Sequence record: MK250027.1
DNA: 64,000 nucleotides
Strand: one strand, 5' to 3'
Below are positions 11,550-21,002 of the stretch, piece after piece (position 1 is the first letter of the stretch; each line of letters begins with the position of its first letter). The notes under the pieces are model-generated. The model ran no database searches. It was not told where the DNA came from and worked only from the letters and a program-made list of their open reading frames with translations. The position numbers were made by a program, and so were the translations under genes.

Positions 11550-12821
11550 ATGGATAATAAAACATATTTAGTAATAAAAGATTATCTACGTATCATAATT
11601 AAAGATACTGAATTTGAAGATAATTTATTTGCTGTTGGTGGATGTTGTAGAGATGAAATCCTCGGTAATGATATTAAAGATTTAGATCTTGTTGTATCAC
11701 TTAATAATGGCGGTATTAAATTTGCAGAATGGTTAGAGAAAAATCATTATACAAAAGGAACCATTGTAACATATCCTCGTTTTGGAACTGCAATGTTTAG
11801 ACTTAAAGATTTTCCAGATGAAGAATTAGAAGTTGTTCAAACAAGAACAGAAATTTATAATTCAGATTCAAGAAAACCAACTACAACATATGGAAGTCTT
11901 AAAGAAGACTGTATGCGTCGAGATTTAACTATCAATGCAATTTATTATGATATATCAAACAGTAAAATGATTGATGTATGTGGTAGGTCATTTGATGATA
12001 TTAAAAATAAAGTAATTGTTACTCCATGTGACCCTGATAAAACATATATTGATGATCCTCTTAGAATTATGAGGTGTATTAGGTTCTCATGTAAGTTAGG
12101 TTGGGATATTGATAAAAATGTATTTGAAAGTATGAAAAGAAATGTAGATAGATTATCTATTATTTCAAAAGAAAGAATTAAAGATGAAGTTATGAAAATC
12201 TTTAAGTCTAATAATACGTTAAAAGGATTATGTTATATTAGAGATATTAATGCGATGAAATATATATTTCCTAATATGAGTATGTATTGTGGACCTACAT
12301 GTATTGAAAATAATTTTAAAAATATTGATACATTAAAAGATCCATATGTAAAACTTACTGTATTTAATCATAGTAATCCTGATTTAGATAAACAATTATA
12401 TGAACTTAAATTTTCAACTAATGAAATAAGAATTATTCTTAATTATATAAAATTATTTAACTATTCTATACATTGTAATACATTAAGTGATATTAGAGAA
12501 ATTCTTTATCTTTGTAAATCAAAAGACGTATTTAACAATGTATATGATATGTATAAAGTTATAGGATTTCATAAAAGATATATTGAATATGCGCATAATA
12601 ATATAGATACAGATGAATCATTATCTATAATGTTTAAATATAAGTTTCCTTTAAATGGTAATGATATTATGAATATATTTGATATTCATCCAAGTCCTGA
12701 AGTTAAAGAACTTATAGATAAGATGCATGAGTTTGTATATGAGAATCCATATCTTACAAAAGATGAACTTATTGAAAAGTTAAAAATATATAAAGAAACA
12801 AAATCTGATGAACAATGGTAA
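11550..12821 (+). CDS. cca: CCA-adding tRNA nucleotidyltransferase (class II / PolyA_pol family)
   Basis: VGGCCRD..DLDL, RRDLTINA and DDPLRIMRCIRF motifs; TAG-free. Confidence 0.9.
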   Translation: MDNKTYLVIKDYLRIIIKDTEFEDNLFAVGGCCRDEILGNDIKDLDLVVSLNNGGIKFAEWLEKNHYTKGTIVTYPRFGTAMFRLKDFPDEELEVVQTRTEIYNSDSRKPTTTYGSLKEDCMRRDLTINAIYYDISNSKMIDVCGRSFDDIKNKVIVTPCDPDKTYIDDPLRIMRCIRFSCKLGWDIDKNVFESMKRNVDRLSIISKERIKDEVMKIFKSNNTLKGLCYIRDINAMKYIFPNMSMYCGPTCIENNFKNIDTLKDPYVKLTVFNHSNPDLDKQLYELKFSTNEIRIILNYIKLFNYSIHCNTLSDIREILYLCKSKDVFNNVYDMYKVIGFHKRYIEYAHNNIDTDESLSIMFKYKFPLNGNDIMNIFDIHPSPEVKELIDKMHEFVYENPYLTKDELIEKLKIYKETKSDEQW

Positions 12822-12870
12822 TATTTACCATTATAATAAAAAGAATTATTAACTAAAATATATAAGAATT

Positions 12871-13020
12871 ATGAATTTAAATATTTCTCAAAGAGAAGGA
12901 ATTAAGAAGTGCCTTTATCAAGATTTGAAAAAGATGTATGATGCATTTATTCAAACTGATAAGAATGAAGTGGAAAAAGTGTTTAATGAATTTATTGATA
13001 AATGTGAACGTTATATTTAA
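12871..13020 (+). CDS. Small hypothetical protein, 49 aa
   Basis: MNLNISQREGIKKCLYQDLKKMYDAF... fills the operon gap; below the track length cutoff. Confidence 0.55.
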   Translation: MNLNISQREGIKKCLYQDLKKMYDAFIQTDKNEVEKVFNEFIDKCERYI

Positions 13021-13025
13021 TAATT

Positions 13026-13421
13026 ATGACATATTTTCAAAATTTAGTTACAAACGAAATATTTGAATGGTTATTGAATAATAAATTTCCTGCTGTCATA
13101 TGTTTTTATAATCATGGAAAGGAACAACTTTATTATACATTACCATATACAGATCCAAATTGGCAAAATTGCGATGCTTATTATAAACCAACATATTTTG
13201 ATGTATTACATTGGTTATTTAAAGAATATAATTTATATATCAATATAAATTCATATAATAATAAATTTTCAGTTCAAATTGAATATTTAACTAATCATAA
13301 AAATAAGTATTTTGGTAATTGCTGGGAAATTGGAGCGAATTGTAAAACTATTGAAGATTGTATTAAATCTGCAATAGAATATATTATTAAATGTGATATT
13401 TTAAATAAAATTAAATCATGA
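13026..13421 (+). CDS. Hypothetical phage protein
   Basis: Track ORF in a co-oriented operon; ATGA overlap with the next gene. Confidence 0.7.
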   Translation: MTYFQNLVTNEIFEWLLNNKFPAVICFYNHGKEQLYYTLPYTDPNWQNCDAYYKPTYFDVLHWLFKEYNLYININSYNNKFSVQIEYLTNHKNKYFGNCWEIGANCKTIEDCIKSAIEYIIKCDILNKIKS

Positions 13422-13606
13422 AATATATTAGGAAAGGACATATAGTAATATGTGACAATTGCGGTGCACATGTTCTCATTGAAAGTAAAAAGAAAGATAC
13501 TCATATGGACCATAATTGGAATCATACAAAGTATCTTCGTTATTTTACTTGTCCATGTTGTGGTGATGAAGTATATGCAGAATATCCTGAAGATGATCAA
13601 AATTAA
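13418..13606 (+). CDS. Small zinc-ribbon protein
   Basis: CDNCG...CPCCG; ATGA coupling. Confidence 0.7.
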   Translation: MKYIRKGHIVICDNCGAHVLIESKKKDTHMDHNWNHTKYLRYFTCPCCGDEVYAEYPEDDQN

Positions 13607-14145
13607 GTTAATGGTGAAAATAATTCTTTTTGCTCATTAATATATTTTTTAGCTTCTGGTAAATTATCAAATAATATATCATTCTCATCAGGTTGACAAT
13701 ATACCATATTGCCATTATCTTCTATTATATAGATTACACCAAATGGGTCTACCATCTGGGATGGTTCAATAGGTTTACTAAATATTATTTTCCTGATAGA
13801 ATTATCAACGATAACATAATATACATTTGCATTTGCGTCTATATTATCAGACCATTTACCTATGTAATTTATTTTATCATCATATGATGAAAGATTATTA
13901 TCCATTATATTATCGCCAAAAAATGATGCAAGATAATTATTATTTTGATTTACCTTATCTTGATTATCTCTTATTAGAAATTCAGATGTTAAATTAATTG
14001 ACGACTTATGATCATCTGGTATAAATATACCACCTATTACAATATCATCAAACTCATCTGAATCTTCTGTAGGATTTAACATCATATCACCTATATTTTT
14101 TAATTTTGGAATATATTTATGTTGAAGTTTGTAAGTATATTTCAT
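13603..14145 (-). CDS. Hypothetical protein, inverted relative to its neighbours
   Basis: 180-aa ORF with acidic, protein-like composition; its stop shares TTAA with the convergent gene. Confidence 0.7.
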   Translation of the reverse strand: MKYTYKLQHKYIPKLKNIGDMMLNPTEDSDEFDDIVIGGIFIPDDHKSSINLTSEFLIRDNQDKVNQNNNYLASFFGDNIMDNNLSSYDDKINYIGKWSDNIDANANVYYVIVDNSIRKIIFSKPIEPSQMVDPFGVIYIIEDNGNMVYCQPDENDILFDNLPEAKKYINEQKELFSPLT

Positions 14146-14181
14146 TTAATTTTAATTAATAATCTTTAAATATTTATTATA

Positions 14182-14478
14182 ATGACAATAACATATACAG
14201 CGTTCGATGGTAAAATCTTCGATAATAAAGAAGATTGCGAAAATTATGAAGATAAATTGAAATTACTTAGTGGCACTTATGATATACTTGATAAAATATT
14301 AAATAAACTTTATGGATATAAAGGTACTCTTTGGATTTGTGAAGAAAAAAATGAAATTGAACCACATTGTGGACAAGAATTACCAGGTCCAGGTGATATA
14401 TTATGTACAATTAATAATGAAGATTTAAATACATTATTTGTTATAAAGGGCTTACTTGAAAAATATAAAATTAAGTAA
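14182..14478 (+). CDS. Hypothetical phage protein
   Basis: MTITYTAFDGKIFDNKEDCENYE N-terminus typical of small phage proteins. Confidence 0.7.
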   Translation: MTITYTAFDGKIFDNKEDCENYEDKLKLLSGTYDILDKILNKLYGYKGTLWICEEKNEIEPHCGQELPGPGDILCTINNEDLNTLFVIKGLLEKYKIK

Positions 14479-14480
14479 TA

Positions 14481-14963
14481 ATGGAAACAGCAAGGCAAGT
14501 TATAGATAAAATTAAAAATCTATATATACAATGGTATAAAACGACATTATTTGATTCTACATCTCAAATGGGAATAAATGAACATAATGAATTACTGGAG
14601 TATTCAAAACAACATGTTCATAATTTTAGTATAGCAATGATGGAATTACTTGAACATCCAGATGATATGAATTATCATATTCCTGTAATTTGTTGTTATA
14701 TACTTCAAGAAGATTTTATTAAATTATATGAAAATAAAAAAGATAAATTACCATTAGATGATGATTATTGTTGGGATGAATGTAATTTATGGTTAAATTA
14801 TTTCAAATTAACAAAAAATATTGATTATTATAAAAAGTTTAAAGAATATAAAAAATATATTATATTACAGAGAACTTTAAACTATTTAATCCATTTACAG
14901 ATAAAGATCCAAATATTACATATGAAGAATATCTTAAGAAATGCGAAGATATTGATTCAGTAA
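14481..14963 (+). CDS. Hypothetical protein with a probable frameshift near 14850
   Basis: The -1 frame from 14852 to TGA 15028 (ITENFKLFNPFTDKDPNITYEEYLKKC) looks more protein-like than the annotated tail. Confidence 0.6.
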   Translation: METARQVIDKIKNLYIQWYKTTLFDSTSQMGINEHNELLEYSKQHVHNFSIAMMELLEHPDDMNYHIPVICCYILQEDFIKLYENKKDKLPLDDDYCWDECNLWLNYFKLTKNIDYYKKFKEYKKYIILQRTLNYLIHLQIKIQILHMKNILRNAKILIQ

Positions 14964-15011
14964 ATAAGTTTACAACTAAATTACGTAAAGATAATAATAC
15001 AAAATTAGTAT

Positions 15012-15362
15012 ATGAATACAAGAAATGAATTAAAAAAAATAATGAATGATTCTTTAAAACAAAATAATATCATTGATAAACAAGAGATACCAAATGTAAC
15101 AATACTTCCAGATTTATCAGATCCATCAGAATATAAACGATGGTTTAATATGGGTCCTAAAGAAGCATTGGTAAATCTTCAAAAATATGTGGATTTGAAC
15201 AAGAAAGATAATATTGATTTTATTAAAGATTTCAATTATCTTTATACAAATGGTGGTATTTCTGGTTGGAGTAAAATACCATATAAAACATTCTATAACA
15301 TTATTTATGGTAAACAAAGAGTAGATTTCAATGGTAATTTAACAGGTGATGAAAATAGTTAA
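15012..15362 (+). CDS. Hypothetical protein
   Basis: Track ORF within an operon. Confidence 0.65.
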   Translation: MNTRNELKKIMNDSLKQNNIIDKQEIPNVTILPDLSDPSEYKRWFNMGPKEALVNLQKYVDLNKKDNIDFIKDFNYLYTNGGISGWSKIPYKTFYNIIYGKQRVDFNGNLTGDENS

Positions 15363-15687
15363 ACATATTACTGAAGAACCTGAATATACTGCAGTTAAAT
15401 TAATAACAACTGATTGTTTAGGAATTATCCAATATAGTTTTAATGATAAAGATAATTATGTTTATATTTATAGTTTTTCAGTAGAGAACCATAATAGAGG
15501 TAAACATATAGGAACAGAATTATTTGAATATTGTTTAAATGAAATAAATTCATTAGATAAGAAAGAGATTCATTTAACAGTTAATAAGAATAATATTCAA
15601 TTAATTAATTTTTATAAACGATATGGATTTATAGTAGTTAATGATAATTATGAAGAATATTATGTTTATATGAAGTTAAATCTCTAA
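15349..15687 (+). CDS. GNAT-family acetyltransferase
   Basis: FSVENHNRGKHIGTELF (acetyl-CoA motif A), LTVNKNN and FYKRYGF motifs. Confidence 0.85.
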   Translation: MKIVKHITEEPEYTAVKLITTDCLGIIQYSFNDKDNYVYIYSFSVENHNRGKHIGTELFEYCLNEINSLDKKEIHLTVNKNNIQLINFYKRYGFIVVNDNYEEYYVYMKLNL

Positions 15688-15714
15688 TTCATTTAATTAT
15701 TTTTGAAATTAATT

Positions 15715-15725
15715 TAGATAAATAA
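15715..15725 (+). promoter_or_regulatory. TAGATAAATAA motif upstream of tnpB copy 1
   Basis: Exact 11-mer shared with four other upstream sites. Confidence 0.5.
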
Positions 15726-15747
15726 TATAAGAAATATGTTTAAGAAT

Positions 15748-15875
15748 TTGGCGATTGGTTTAAACTATTTTTATAATTTAGAATATAATATATAATTAAA
15801 GATATTTATAAATCGTTTATATTAATAATTTGTATCAATCGCCAATTTTTATACAAATTAAAATATAAACGATTT
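15748..15875 (+). repeat. Two interleaved inverted repeats (A-B-A'-B') in the tnpB leader
   Basis: TTGGCGATTG 15748-15757 / CAATCGCCAA 15836-15845; AAATCGTTTATATT 15810-15823 / AATATAAACGATTT 15862-15875. Confidence 0.8.
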
Positions 15876-15883
15876 TTTATTAT

Positions 15884-17014
15884 ATGATAAAGTCTATTAA
15901 AATACGAATATATCCTGATACTGTTTAGAAAGAATTCATTTCTAAATAGTTAGGTTGTTGTCGATTTATATATAATAAATTATTGTATTATAAGAAAACT
16001 TAGTATGAACAAAATAAGCAACAGATTTCTTGGAAAGAGTTAGGTAAATATTTGACTAATCTAAAGAAACAAGAAGAATATTTATTTCTAAATGGAGTAT
16101 ATAATGTATGTTTATAGCAATCTATAATGGATATGATTAAAGCATATGATAATTTCTTTAAATTACATAAAGGTTATCCTAAATTCAAATCTAAAAAAGA
16201 TACTAAGCAAAGTTGTAGATTTACAAATCAAATATTTAAAAAATCTAATAAAATAAATGGTAATAGGATAACATTAATAAAGCAGTTAAAGAATATATTA
16301 TTTAAATGCTCAAGAAAAGATGAGATATATTTAAATCATAATCAAGATAAAATTCATTCTGTTACTCTTATTAAAACATCTACAAACAAATATTATCTAT
16401 CAATATGTATTGATTATGATATTGTTTAGAAAAAGAAACTAAATAGTGTAATAGGATTAGATTTAGGAATAAAAGATTTTATTGTTGATTCAAATGGTAA
16501 TAGATATGAGAATAAACATTTTTATAAGAGTCAAGAAAAGAAATTAAAAAAATTATAGAAGTAGTTAAGCAAGAAATAGAAAGGAAGTAATAATAGGAAT
16601 AAAGTTAGAATTAAAATTGCAAAAGTTCATGAGAAGATAACAAATCAACGTAATGCGTATTTACATCAAATCACTTCAAAATTAGTTAATGAGAACCAAG
16701 TTATCTGTATTGAAGATTTAAATGTAAATGGAATGATGTCTAATCATAAACTTGCTAAATCTATTCAAGAGTTATCTTTATTTGAATTTAGACGACAACT
16801 TGAATATAAATGTAAATTGTATGGTAGAGATTTAGTTATAATAGATAGATTCTATCCTTCATCTAAAACATGTCATAATTGTGGATATATTTATAAAAAT
16901 TTAAAATTAAGTGAACGTGAATGGATATGTCCACAATGTGGTAAAGTTATAGATAGAGATTATAATGCTTCTTTAAATATTTTAGATGGTGGATTAAAAC
17001 AAATAAATTTATAA
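15884..17014 (+). CDS. tnpB: TnpB RNA-guided endonuclease (IS200/IS605 OrfB type), 376 aa, 8 TAG=Gln
   Basis: MIKSIKIRIYP HTH, VIGLDLGIK (RuvC-I), ICIEDLNV (RuvC-II), CHNCG/CPQCG zinc finger, DRDYNASLNI (RuvC-III); TAGs fall at conserved Gln sites (CLQQS, KLQKQLSKKQKGS). Confidence 0.95.
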
Positions 17015-17040
17015 TTATTTTAATATTTTAAATATAAATA

Positions 17041-17150
17041 GGGAAGAGCTCGTCCGAATTTACGCTTGTGGAGATACCAACTATGGATGACTAAATTGCA
17101 TTTTATGTAATTATACTAAAAAGTAGTGTGTCTATGAAACAAGAAACACA
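17041..17150 (+). ncRNA. Putative TnpB omegaRNA scaffold / element right end
   Basis: GC-richer island GGGAAGAGCTCGTCCGAATTTACGCTTGTGGAG...CTAAAAAGTAGTG...TGAAACAAGAA resembling tnpB 3' ends; boundaries approximate. Confidence 0.65.
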
Positions 17151-17182
17151 GGTTTTTAAAAATATAATTTAAAACTAAAACT

Positions 17183-17329
17183 ATGAACATTGAAAAAGCG
17201 TTAAGAAATTTAAAGAAAGTAAAAAATGAAATGGAAATAGAATGTTTATATAAAACTAATGTTGAATATAAAGCACGTCCATGGATGGAACTTATTGGTG
17301 ATGCTATTTCTTTTCTTGATGGTGATTAA
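17183..17329 (+). CDS. Small hypothetical protein, 48 aa
   Basis: MNIEKALRNLKKVKNEMEIECF... ATG to TAA, below the track cutoff. Confidence 0.55.
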   Translation: MNIEKALRNLKKVKNEMEIECLYKTNVEYKARPWMELIGDAISFLDGD

Positions 17330-17359
17330 AAATAATTAATAAAAATTAATAGAAATTAA

Positions 17360-17683
17360 ATGATAGATCCAAGTTATACATTATATCCGGAAGTTGCAGA
17401 TGCTACAAATTTATATTTTCATGATGAGCCTTATGCTTATTGGGTTGAAAATATGAATTATAATTTTTGTAATTGGGTTTTATATAAAGAATATAATAAT
17501 TATAGTTCTGTATGTAACCCTAATGATTGCATTGCAGGCATAAGCTATGAGGAAGTAATAGATGAGTTAAAAAATTCATGGTCATATAGAGATCAAGATA
17601 GAGAAATGTTAATTCGTACATTTAGACAACGTTCATTAGGTGATACTGAATATAATTTTGAAGACTTTATAGATGAAGATTAA
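17360..17683 (+). CDS. Hypothetical protein
   Basis: Track ORF followed by a terminator. Confidence 0.7.
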   Translation: MIDPSYTLYPEVADATNLYFHDEPYAYWVENMNYNFCNWVLYKEYNNYSSVCNPNDCIAGISYEEVIDELKNSWSYRDQDREMLIRTFRQRSLGDTEYNFEDFIDED

Positions 17684-17715
17684 TTTAATTACAGTACATC
17701 CCTACTGGAAATAAA

Positions 17716-17772
17716 AATAACGTGAAAATTCTTAAGTTTTTCTTAAAAATTCTTAAGTTTTTCACGTTATTT
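17716..17772. terminator. Bidirectional terminator with an internal tandem duplication
   Basis: AATAACGTGAAAA...TTTTCACGTTATT arms enclosing two copies of AAAATTCTTAAGTTTTTC. Confidence 0.7.
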
Positions 17773-17791
17773 TTATATATTTTTATATGTT

Positions 17792-19708
17792 TTATGAATT
17801 GTTTACTATTTTCTCAACTTCTTCTCGCTTCTTATTTGAAACTATCCATCCAGGAGTCTTAACACCATTGATATTCAAGAATTTATTATATTTACAACCT
17901 ATTTCTTTTAACTGATCTTTAATAGGTGCAATATCTTTATAATCTCCATATATAGCAATAGCTCTATCTGAATAATCATAAATATGAACATTACTATTAT
18001 TAACTGGTTTTTCTTCAACAGGTTCTGAAGCAACTTTCTTTGGTCTTCCCCTACGTTTCTTTATTGCAGAATCAATAGAAGTTGTTTCATCATCTTTTAC
18101 GACTCTTACTTTTTTCTTTTCTTCTTTTTGTTTTGCTTTAAGTTCTGCTTTTAATCGTTTAGCTTCTTCCTTTCGCTCTTCAATTATCTTTGCTCTACGT
18201 TCTTCTACCGGTTTAACAATAGTATCACGCATTGTAACAGTTCCACCTTTTTCCATCTTGAATGATGTATGGTCTAACCATTTACAAAATGCAGAATACG
18301 TCTTATATTCATCTTTAATACTTAATCTCTTCATAATAGTATAAGAGATAAATTTATCACCAAGAGATTTAATATATATAGTCCAATTATTTCCAAAATA
18401 TGTTTGTTTTTCTTTAAGATATTTCAAACAATTCTGTTTCATCAATTCATCATCCTCTGCTTTATCTGATGCTTTAAGATTAACCTTATCTATATTTGAT
18501 TTATTTCTAATTAATTCATTTGAAGATGTTTCATTTGATGGTTCCACATATTCATGATGTGGTCCTTTCTTTTCATAATAGCAATCTAAAAACCAATCTT
18601 TAGATGTTAATATGGTTTTCCATTGTGGCTTAGTAGGTTTCCATCTTCTACAATTAGCTGCGAATTTATATGGTCCTAATTGAATCCATATACCAGCACC
18701 TTTACCAGGAAATCCACCAGCAACAAAATCTAATTTAGGTAATATATCCATTGACAAGCCTTCAAATGACATATAAGGTAAAACTCTCCAAGGCCATATT
18801 TCGGTTCTAAACCATATTTTATCACATTTCGGTAAACCAACAAAATTTATTTTCTTACCTATATTATCTAATTCCTGATATGGTTCTTGCTTTGAACGCT
18901 CATCTCGTAACTCCATTTGAATATCATAATTTCCATCGGGTAATCCTATAAAATTATATGTTTTTGGTAAACCTTGATATGTATAAGTATTATTTCTGAA
19001 TGTATCATTTACTTTTTTTATAAATGAATAATCATTCATATTAAAACATTCTTGTAATCCAATACCATCAGCGGATATAATCTCTACAGAATCATCTATC
19101 CAACATCTCAATAAGTCTACTGAAACTTTTGGTTTCGTGTTAGCATACCATGTATTTGAATTATATACAGTTTCAAATAATTTCTTTTCTTTTATTTTAT
19201 CACCATCAATACGAAGGTTCTTTGGATAAATTCCTTTTAATCCAATACTGTCAAAATTTATATTCTTTAAATCCAATACATTTGATTTAGCTTCATCTGA
19301 TTTTGTATCACCAAATCTACCTATTTCTACATTAAATCTCATCAAAACGTTATTAATGCTATATTCTTCTAATTCATCAATAAATTTTTGTGCGCATTCC
19401 AATGTATTAAATGAAACATATGTAAGATAATATTTTGGATTGTCTTTTTCACTTGTATTATAATAAAATGCAACTGTATCATTATCAACGTCAGCATATA
19501 CATGTTTATCATTTTCAACACATCTTGTATATAAGCCTCGTCTTGCACTAAATGTTTGATCAGTTAAATATTGTTCAATCCATTTAAGCATATTTTTACT
19601 CATATTATTAAGCATGTTAGATGTTTCATTATCATCTGTTGTACCAATTACATCTTCAAAATCATCATCGAACAAACTTTCTACCAAACGTTTAATTCCT
19701 TTATTCAT
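17792..19708 (-). CDS. 638-aa hypothetical protein with a K/E-rich linker and a small C-terminal domain; TAG-free
   Basis: Intact track ORF; C-terminal IYDYSDRAIAIYGD...IKDQLKEIGCKYN...PGWIV module. Confidence 0.85.
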   Translation of the reverse strand: MNKGIKRLVESLFDDDFEDVIGTTDDNETSNMLNNMSKNMLKWIEQYLTDQTFSARRGLYTRCVENDKHVYADVDNDTVAFYYNTSEKDNPKYYLTYVSFNTLECAQKFIDELEEYSINNVLMRFNVEIGRFGDTKSDEAKSNVLDLKNINFDSIGLKGIYPKNLRIDGDKIKEKKLFETVYNSNTWYANTKPKVSVDLLRCWIDDSVEIISADGIGLQECFNMNDYSFIKKVNDTFRNNTYTYQGLPKTYNFIGLPDGNYDIQMELRDERSKQEPYQELDNIGKKINFVGLPKCDKIWFRTEIWPWRVLPYMSFEGLSMDILPKLDFVAGGFPGKGAGIWIQLGPYKFAANCRRWKPTKPQWKTILTSKDWFLDCYYEKKGPHHEYVEPSNETSSNELIRNKSNIDKVNLKASDKAEDDELMKQNCLKYLKEKQTYFGNNWTIYIKSLGDKFISYTIMKRLSIKDEYKTYSAFCKWLDHTSFKMEKGGTVTMRDTIVKPVEERRAKIIEERKEEAKRLKAELKAKQKEEKKKVRVVKDDETTSIDSAIKKRRGRPKKVASEPVEEKPVNNSNVHIYDYSDRAIAIYGDYKDIAPIKDQLKEIGCKYNKFLNINGVKTPGWIVSNKKREEVEKIVNNS

Positions 19709-19770
19709 AATTTAAATTATAATTAAAAATTCACATTTTATTATTTATTAAAAAAGGGTAACAATTAGTT

Positions 19771-20955
19771 TTATCTAACTGTACCCTTACCAAATGTTTT
19801 ATTAATTTCTCGTTTAATATCTGTAATCGTATTCTTTATATAATCCTTATCATATTGTAAAATGTAATCTTTAAATCTATTTCCATTATACTTATATCCT
19901 TTAAGTTCATGAAATAGTTGCAAAACTTCATTTAATATATATGTATAATTCTCATCATTATAAAATTTCAATACATCATAAATCTTTTGTCTAATATCAT
20001 TAAACTATTTTTTCAATATATAAAAATCACCTTCTGTATTATGAATCATTCTATTAATTCCTTTTGTAGTATAGCCATTTGATATAAGTAATGCTCTATC
20101 AGTTAATGTATTATACTTATTATATGGTGTTCTAATTTTTAAATTTAAAACTGTATTGAAATTTGTATCTGATTTTTGTCCTAATTTCTTAAATGTTCCA
20201 TCATTATTAAATTCACAATCAATAGCTATAGGTGCTGGCATTACATATGTTTTAAAGTATTCAGCTTCACCTGTTTCTGCATTACAGAAATAAAAGAAAA
20301 ATACAGTAGTAATATTTCTAAGATTTGTTTGACATTTATTTTCTTTTACTTCCAACTATCGCATATCATTAAGAATCTAATCAATACCTTTCATTGCATT
20401 GTTAACTTTACCTTTAAATGTATTATCATCGAAGAAACTACATAAAACAGATTTAACCTCTATATATGTTTCATCTCCATTAGGCTAAGTTAACTTAATA
20501 TCTGGACATTCATTTCTTCCATTTGGTTCATGCTCAATTTTATATCCAATGTTTTCAGGAAATATACAGTGCATTATATGTTCAGAAGCAGAATGACATA
20601 AATTCATAAGTAACGAATCTGTATATACAACCTTATTATCTTTGGACATAAACTATGTTAATGTTCCTCTGAAAGTTATCTTATTTGAATCTTTATTAGT
20701 AACAGTAAAAATAGGATCTTCTAAACCAAATGTCATATAATTATCATCTGTATATTCATGAATATCATTATATAACATATAGAACTATCGTATATACTCA
20801 TCATCTGCAGAGTATTCCAACCACTACTTAATACTGTCTTCCAAATCATTAGCGACAAAAATACTATCATCCAATGATGATAGAAACTATCGTCTTTCTT
20901 CAGGATTATTAATACATTTCAGAATACGCTACGGACTTTTTGATTTGTTACTCAT
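19771..20955 (-). CDS. PD-(D/E)xK nuclease-like protein, 394 aa (TAG=Gln)
   Basis: ATG 20955 to TAA 19771 joins track ORFs 20005..20355 and 19771..19971; ECPDIKLTQPNGDETYIEVKSV motif. Confidence 0.6.
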
Positions 20956-21002
20956 TTATAAATTTTGATTAATTTTATTATGATTATTATAAATCAAATC
21001 TT

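Noticed and set aside
14849-14856. Programmed -1 frameshift
   Set aside because: T-AAA-AAA is not a canonical slippery heptamer and no downstream stimulatory stem was noticed; an indel is more likely
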